Positions 60,006 to 64,000 of a stretch of DNA of 64,000 bases are shown one piece after another; within the stretch, counting starts at the first letter, position 1, and the number at the start of each line of letters is the position of its first letter. The position numbers were made by a program, and so were the translations under genes. The notes beneath the pieces are model-generated. The model worked only from the letters and a program-made list of their open reading frames with translations. It did no database searches and had not been told where the DNA came from. This stretch comes from a virus, in IMG/VR virus record IMGVR_UViG_3300044856_000216, positions 32,001-96,000 of that record; one strand, given 5' to 3'.

Positions 60006-60215
60006 TCACCTCTCTCCAATCTCAAATAATTCATTACCTGAAAAATCAGTCATATCTTGTAATACTGCATGAGCAAATTCTTTTGCGTATTCTGACCATA
60101 TTTTATCTTGCAATTCTTCTACACTTAATCTTTCAAGCTCATAATCCTTAACGAATTTCCGAACTATATTTTTCATTCTGTATTCATAATCTTCTTCTAT
60201 TATTGGAATATGCAT
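60006..60215 (-). CDS. hypothetical protein
   Basis: 69-aa ORF in gene train. Confidence 0.45.
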   Translation of the reverse strand: MHIPIIEEDYEYRMKNIVRKFVKDYELERLSVEELQDKIWSEYAKEFAHAVLQDMTDFSGNELFEIGER

Positions 60216-60232
60216 ATCTTATACCTCCAATC

Positions 60233-60553
60233 TTATAATTTTATCTTTCCATAATCAGGAATCATCTGAATAAATTCATCTGCATTTGTAAACTGTTTAT
60301 TGATTTCAATCCAATATTGTTCGTTATTTGTATCTGTACAACAAGCTTCTAATTTAAAATCATGCTGTGCGTAAATCGTTAAACATAATTCCGCTTTCTG
60401 AATAGATACACCCTCTGGAACTTCTTCAACAGTTGCATATTCTTCTAAAAAGTCATCAATTTCGCTTTCTTTTAAATCATAATTGTAAAATGCCTGTAAT
60501 GGTTTGTCTGTGTCATCTAACTCATTAAATGTAATTTTTGTATAATCTAACAT
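60233..60553 (-). CDS. hypothetical protein
   Basis: 106-aa acidic ORF; start just after the upstream stop. Confidence 0.5.
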   Translation of the reverse strand: MLDYTKITFNELDDTDKPLQAFYNYDLKESEIDDFLEEYATVEEVPEGVSIQKAELCLTIYAQHDFKLEACCTDTNNEQYWIEINKQFTNADEFIQMIPDYGKIKL

Positions 60554-60554
60554 A

Positions 60555-60791
60555 TTAAGCAATCCTTTCTACACTACAGAAGAAATCATCTTCTGTAAAA
60601 CTATATCCATCATAGTGTTCATAAATAAATTCATCACTAACATATTCATCAATACTTGCAATCATTTCATATGATGGTTCATTGATATTAACTCCCATCA
60701 CTTCTGCAAAAGTGCCTTCATTTACAAGTTCTGAATAATATGCCTGTTTCAATTCGTGTAACTGATCTCTATTTAATTCTCTCGCTGTCAT
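60555..60791 (-). CDS. hypothetical protein
   Basis: 78-aa ORF in gene train. Confidence 0.45.
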   Translation of the reverse strand: MTARELNRDQLHELKQAYYSELVNEGTFAEVMGVNINEPSYEMIASIDEYVSDEFIYEHYDGYSFTEDDFFCSVERIA

Positions 60792-60804
60792 AATTTATCA
60801 CTCC

Positions 60805-61278
60805 TTATGCAACTTTTGTTATTTCCATGTAGCAACCATTCATAGCTTTATCATACTGTCTAATATCATAGAGCCAACTAAACGGAACTTTAACAGTTCC
60901 TTCTTTTTTCAATTTTTCCATTACTTCCCCAATAGAAAAATAGCCCTGCATCCAACCATAGCCTGATAAATACTGTTGTCTATCCAAATTACACAGTCTG
61001 TCATGATATTTGATTGTATTTTTCTTTAGAAATTTAATATATCTATCAGATAATCCATAATTTTCTTCTGGGTTGTCATCACTGTATTCCGACATAACAA
61101 ATGAATTTCCGTGGAATAATTCAAGCTGCCACATTACTTCTCTCATATTATAAAGAGTTCTCGTTATTCCGTTTATTGCAATCATATAATCATTTCGTGT
61201 GCCAGGTTCCCAATTCTTTTTACTACATCTTCCGCATTTATATGTATCTGTATTAATTATCATTTTATATCTCGCCAT
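60805..61278 (-). CDS. hypothetical protein
   Basis: 157-aa ORF; start at the second ATG. Confidence 0.55.
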   Translation of the reverse strand: MARYKMIINTDTYKCGRCSKKNWEPGTRNDYMIAINGITRTLYNMREVMWQLELFHGNSFVMSEYSDDNPEENYGLSDRYIKFLKKNTIKYHDRLCNLDRQQYLSGYGWMQGYFSIGEVMEKLKKEGTVKVPFSWLYDIRQYDKAMNGCYMEITKVA

Positions 61279-61295
61279 ACAATCAACCATCCTTT

Positions 61296-61583
61296 CTATA
61301 ATTCAAATTCCACGATTCTTCCAGAACTTAACACTACATATTCATCTCCATTTTCTGCAATATGATTTCCAAGCTCTGTATAATCAAGAACCGCCTCAAT
61401 ATGATGATCTAATTCTCCAATTACGTTATCAATATAATTACTTGCCAAGTCATAAGCGGAATCAAATATTGCTACAATATGTAAATCATCTTCTGTTACA
61501 TTGTCGTTAAAATTTCCAAGAAGTTCATCAACTTCCCTTTCCCATATATCCTGATCTAATAAGTATTCTCTTAATTCTTCCAT
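61296..61583 (-). CDS. hypothetical protein
   Basis: 95 aa; ATG after GGAGGATAAAATC. Confidence 0.5.
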   Translation of the reverse strand: MEELREYLLDQDIWEREVDELLGNFNDNVTEDDLHIVAIFDSAYDLASNYIDNVIGELDHHIEAVLDYTELGNHIAENGDEYVVLSSGRIVEFEL

Positions 61584-61614
61584 GATTTTATCCTCCAATC
61601 TTAAAATGAAATTG

Positions 61615-62043
61615 CTATTTCTTCACTCTTCCATCCCAGTTTTCTTCGTTGATCCATTTCATAAAATACTCTGTATCAACGTCTCCGTATTCATCAGTAG
61701 TTCTTTCAACAAATTCATCATAGATTTCCTCTGTAACTGAATCCAAACAATCAAATATCTTTAAATCATCATCACATTCCAAAACTGCTGAATATCCGTT
61801 ATTCCAAGCATATATTAAACAAGCCAAGAAATAATACTGTTCTACGCTTATTCCATTTCCATCGCAATCATAAAATGGTTCATCCAATTCTAAGTCCGAA
61901 ATAAGAAATCTGACATAATCTGCAAATTGTCTTTTATATTCTGCCGACATTCCTTTTGGCAACCATCTATTTGCTAAATCAACAAGCCTTTTTTCATCAA
62001 CTACCATCCGTTTACCTTCTAATGTATATGTTGTCATTTCCAT
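61615..62043 (-). CDS. hypothetical protein
   Basis: 142 aa; start ambiguous between ATGs at 62043 and 62037, after GGAGTG. Confidence 0.55.
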   Translation of the reverse strand: MEMTTYTLEGKRMVVDEKRLVDLANRWLPKGMSAEYKRQFADYVRFLISDLELDEPFYDCDGNGISVEQYYFLACLIYAWNNGYSAVLECDDDLKIFDCLDSVTEEIYDEFVERTTDEYGDVDTEYFMKWINEENWDGRVKK

Positions 62044-62053
62044 CACTCCAATC

Positions 62054-62275
62054 TTATAAAAAATCTCCACACGCTAACAATTCACCATAACTCATATCTG
62101 AATATGGTCGTTCAAAATAGAATCGTTGAGCTTCAGGATAATTTTCTCTTGCCTTTTCTATTTTCCTATCTTTCCATAATTCCATATAATCTTCATCAAG
62201 ATCGTTTCCAACATTGAATGTTTCGACCTTGACTTCATCTCCACATTCATCAACCATAATTAAATCTAATTTCAT
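62054..62275 (-). CDS. hypothetical protein
   Basis: 73-aa ORF in gene train. Confidence 0.45.
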   Translation of the reverse strand: MKLDLIMVDECGDEVKVETFNVGNDLDEDYMELWKDRKIEKARENYPEAQRFYFERPYSDMSYGELLACGDFL

Positions 62276-62290
62276 TTACATCACTCCAAT

Positions 62291-62563
62291 CTATGCTTCA
62301 TAATCAAATTCACTCAATCCACCTTGTTCTTTAACCCACCAGATAATATCTTGTGGATCTTCTTTTATGATGTCCGTTCCATCTTCAATTGCATTATCTA
62401 CTGCAAGAAGGATAATCGTTATCAAATTTTCCATTGATGTCTTTGGTTTATACATTTCTCTACGAATTAACACCGCAAGATAATCATACATACACCATTT
62501 CTCTTTTGGATATATGTTATAATCTTTTTCCTCCGTCCATTCGCCAGTCCACTGATTTACCAT
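62291..62563 (-). CDS. hypothetical protein
   Basis: 90 aa; start moved to the ATG after the upstream stop (track start 62632 overlaps by 65 nt). Confidence 0.45.
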   Translation of the reverse strand: MVNQWTGEWTEEKDYNIYPKEKWCMYDYLAVLIRREMYKPKTSMENLITIILLAVDNAIEDGTDIIKEDPQDIIWWVKEQGGLSEFDYEA

Positions 62564-62567
62564 ATAA

Positions 62568-62747
62568 TCACTCTCTAATCTCTTCTGAAATTTCTTTTCG
62601 TGTTCCTCTAATAGAACAACCTTCTGTATCATGTTTGTTTAGAATGTTCCAAATTGCATTTTCTTCAGCTTCGGTAAGACTAAATCCTTCCCAATAACCG
62701 AAATCATCTTTACCATGCTCGATTACAATTCCTGAAACTTTGCACAT
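62568..62747 (-). CDS. hypothetical protein
   Basis: 59 aa; ATG after AAGGAGGTATGAGT (track start 62801). Confidence 0.45.
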   Translation of the reverse strand: MCKVSGIVIEHGKDDFGYWEGFSLTEAEENAIWNILNKHDTEGCSIRGTRKEISEEIRE

Positions 62748-62749
62748 AC

Positions 62750-62968
62750 TCATACCTCCTTGTAATCTTCCAGCAGCTCGTTTAGATTTCCTTTTCTCCA
62801 CCGATGAAGTTTCCCATCACCAGTATAATTTCTAACAACTCCAACCTTACGACTTGCAACTTTCTGGTCATACTCTATGTATTGACGAACAGAATTGTGA
62901 TAATGTCCGTCATTATGAACTTCAATATATTTCCGTTTGTTTCTCTTGTTCTGATATGTTTTAATCAT
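62750..62968 (-). CDS. hypothetical protein
   Basis: 72-aa basic ORF; ATGA overlap. Confidence 0.45.
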   Translation of the reverse strand: MIKTYQNKRNKRKYIEVHNDGHYHNSVRQYIEYDQKVASRKVGVVRNYTGDGKLHRWRKGNLNELLEDYKEV

Positions 62969-63162
62969 TCTCGCACCTCCACAATTTCAATCTCGAAATC
63001 ATCAGGATCATATTCACTGCCCTCAATGTCCCAATCTCTCATATATTCTTCTTTTGCAAGTTCGCTCTCTTCTCTTGCTTCTTCTTCGGTTTCATAGAGA
63101 TAACCCAAATCTGAACTATCTCTAAGCCATCCGCCATCATGCCAAATTATATATTTAAACAT
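62965..63162 (-). CDS. hypothetical protein
   Basis: 65 aa; ATG after GGAGGGATATTAAT. Confidence 0.45.
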   Translation of the reverse strand: MFKYIIWHDGGWLRDSSDLGYLYETEEEAREESELAKEEYMRDWDIEGSEYDPDDFEIEIVEVRE

Positions 63163-63163
63163 A

Positions 63164-63352
63164 TTAATATCCCTCCAATCGCTTCCATTCATTGTCAATC
63201 TGTTCCCATGCTGTAGGATTTAAGCCATACAAATCCTTTTTGAACAATTCATCATATCTTTTGTCCATCTGCTCTTTTGTATTGAAAAATTCTTCGTGGT
63301 CTAAATTGCCTTTATCTATACCAGACAGTTTGTAAATTCGCAGCTTATACAT
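63164..63352 (-). CDS. hypothetical protein
   Basis: 62 aa; ATG after AGGAGGTGTAACC. Confidence 0.45.
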   Translation of the reverse strand: MYKLRIYKLSGIDKGNLDHEEFFNTKEQMDKRYDELFKKDLYGLNPTAWEQIDNEWKRLEGY

Positions 63353-63363
63353 GGTTACACCTC

Positions 63364-63549
63364 CTAACACCATAAGCCTAACTCATTCATTACTTGGTAA
63401 ATTCCCTTTTGTAATGAAGTACCTGCATATTTATCTACATCATCTTCAGTAAAGTTATCATTTTCCTCAAAAATATCATTAATTTTTTGGCATAGGTTAC
63501 TTAATTCCATTTTTTGTTCTTCTGTTAATTTATTTAGTAATTCTTCCAT
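63364..63549 (-). CDS. hypothetical protein
   Basis: 61-aa ORF in gene train. Confidence 0.45.
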   Translation of the reverse strand: MEELLNKLTEEQKMELSNLCQKINDIFEENDNFTEDDVDKYAGTSLQKGIYQVMNELGLWC

Positions 63550-63553
63550 TTAA

Positions 63554-63748
63554 TCACTCTCCCTTACAATTTTTTAAATAATCAGCTTTCTGTTTTTTAT
63601 ATTCTGCTTCAATTTTATCTAGTCTTTTCTGTTCTTCATCGCACTCTTCTTGTGATTCAAATACATCATAATAATGTGTATCTCCATTCCAACGACATCG
63701 CACAATTTTATCTTTCTCTTCGTCTGTTAATTGATAAACTCTGTACAT
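63554..63748 (-). CDS. hypothetical protein
   Basis: 64-aa ORF in gene train. Confidence 0.45.
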   Translation of the reverse strand: MYRVYQLTDEEKDKIVRCRWNGDTHYYDVFESQEECDEEQKRLDKIEAEYKKQKADYLKNCKGE

Positions 63749-63751
63749 TTT

Positions 63752-63928
63752 TCATCTCTCTCCTTTCAAATTAGGACATAAACCAAGACCACCATCAATT
63801 TCAGGTACTCTTCTATACGCTCCTCTGTGTGGACATTCTTCTTTTTTACATTCGGTACAATCGCATTTTTGATATTCCTCATAACTCATTTTCCAGTTTG
63901 TCTCTGCAAATCTTTCTCTTGTCATCAT
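63752..63928 (-). CDS. small Cys-containing protein
   Basis: 58 aa; GGAGGTGCAGGAATT ATG; CDCTECKKEECPH; below track cutoff. Confidence 0.4.
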   Translation of the reverse strand: MMTRERFAETNWKMSYEEYQKCDCTECKKEECPHRGAYRRVPEIDGGLGLCPNLKGER

Positions 63929-64000
63929 AATTCCTGCACCTCCAATGCTTTCTGTACTTTTTCATTAAATTCCCCATACATTGATTCCCATTCCTTAATA
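63925..64000 (-). CDS. hypothetical protein, C-terminal end (gene starts beyond right edge)
   Basis: open frame ...IKEWESMYGEFNEKVQKALEVQEL ending with TGA at 63925-63927, overlapping the next start. Confidence 0.35.
   Translation of the reverse strand, partial: IKEWESMYGEFNEKVQKALEVQEL

Noticed and set aside
1-64000. Stop-codon reassignment (TAG or TAA recoding) as an explanation for the in-frame stops at 4537 and 9652
   Set aside because: TAA, TAG and TGA all terminate many well-delimited genes here, each immediately followed by an SD and the start of the next gene. The two in-frame stops are of different types. The only tRNA seen has anticodon UUG, not a suppressor anticodon.

Overview
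Visibly AT-rich, very tightly packed segment that reads like the early/accessory arm of a large Firmicutes-type phage (or phage-plasmid). About 150 mostly short genes lie almost all on the minus strand, with GGAGG-type Shine-Dalgarno sites and frequent ATGA/stop-start overlaps. No virion structural genes are recognisable. Recognisable content: (1) a tRNA/RNA-end maintenance set (Thg1-like enzyme, RlmN/Cfr-like radical SAM enzyme, metallophosphoesterase, TARG1-like macrodomain, DHH phosphoesterase, CCA-adding enzyme, pol-beta-type NTase, a tRNA-Gln(UUG) gene without encoded CCA); (2) three DNA methyltransferases; (3) three radical SAM enzymes; (4) two MazF/PemK-like toxin loci; (5) a tyrosine integrase/XRE module next to the tRNA; (6) a ParB-like/DUF262/sigma-factor block; (7) a group IIC intron inserted just behind a rho-independent terminator; (8) a TnpB gene. 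The strongest signal is at 26.0-27.8 kb. A three-repeat, two-spacer mini-CRISPR array has a repeat that starts GTTTTAGAGCTATG (Cas9/type II-A style), with no cas genes or tracrRNA seen in the window. It reads directly, 11 nt upstream and on the same strand, into a catalytically intact 409-aa TnpB that also has its own structured 3' region resembling an omega-RNA scaffold. Several recoding-like oddities are also visible: CUU UGA in the DHH gene, A_AAT_TTT at the end of the C5-methyltransferase gene, and in-frame TAA and TAG stops. There is also a tRNA-like minihelix that lacks an anticodon arm. All functional calls rest on motifs read by eye; no database search was run.
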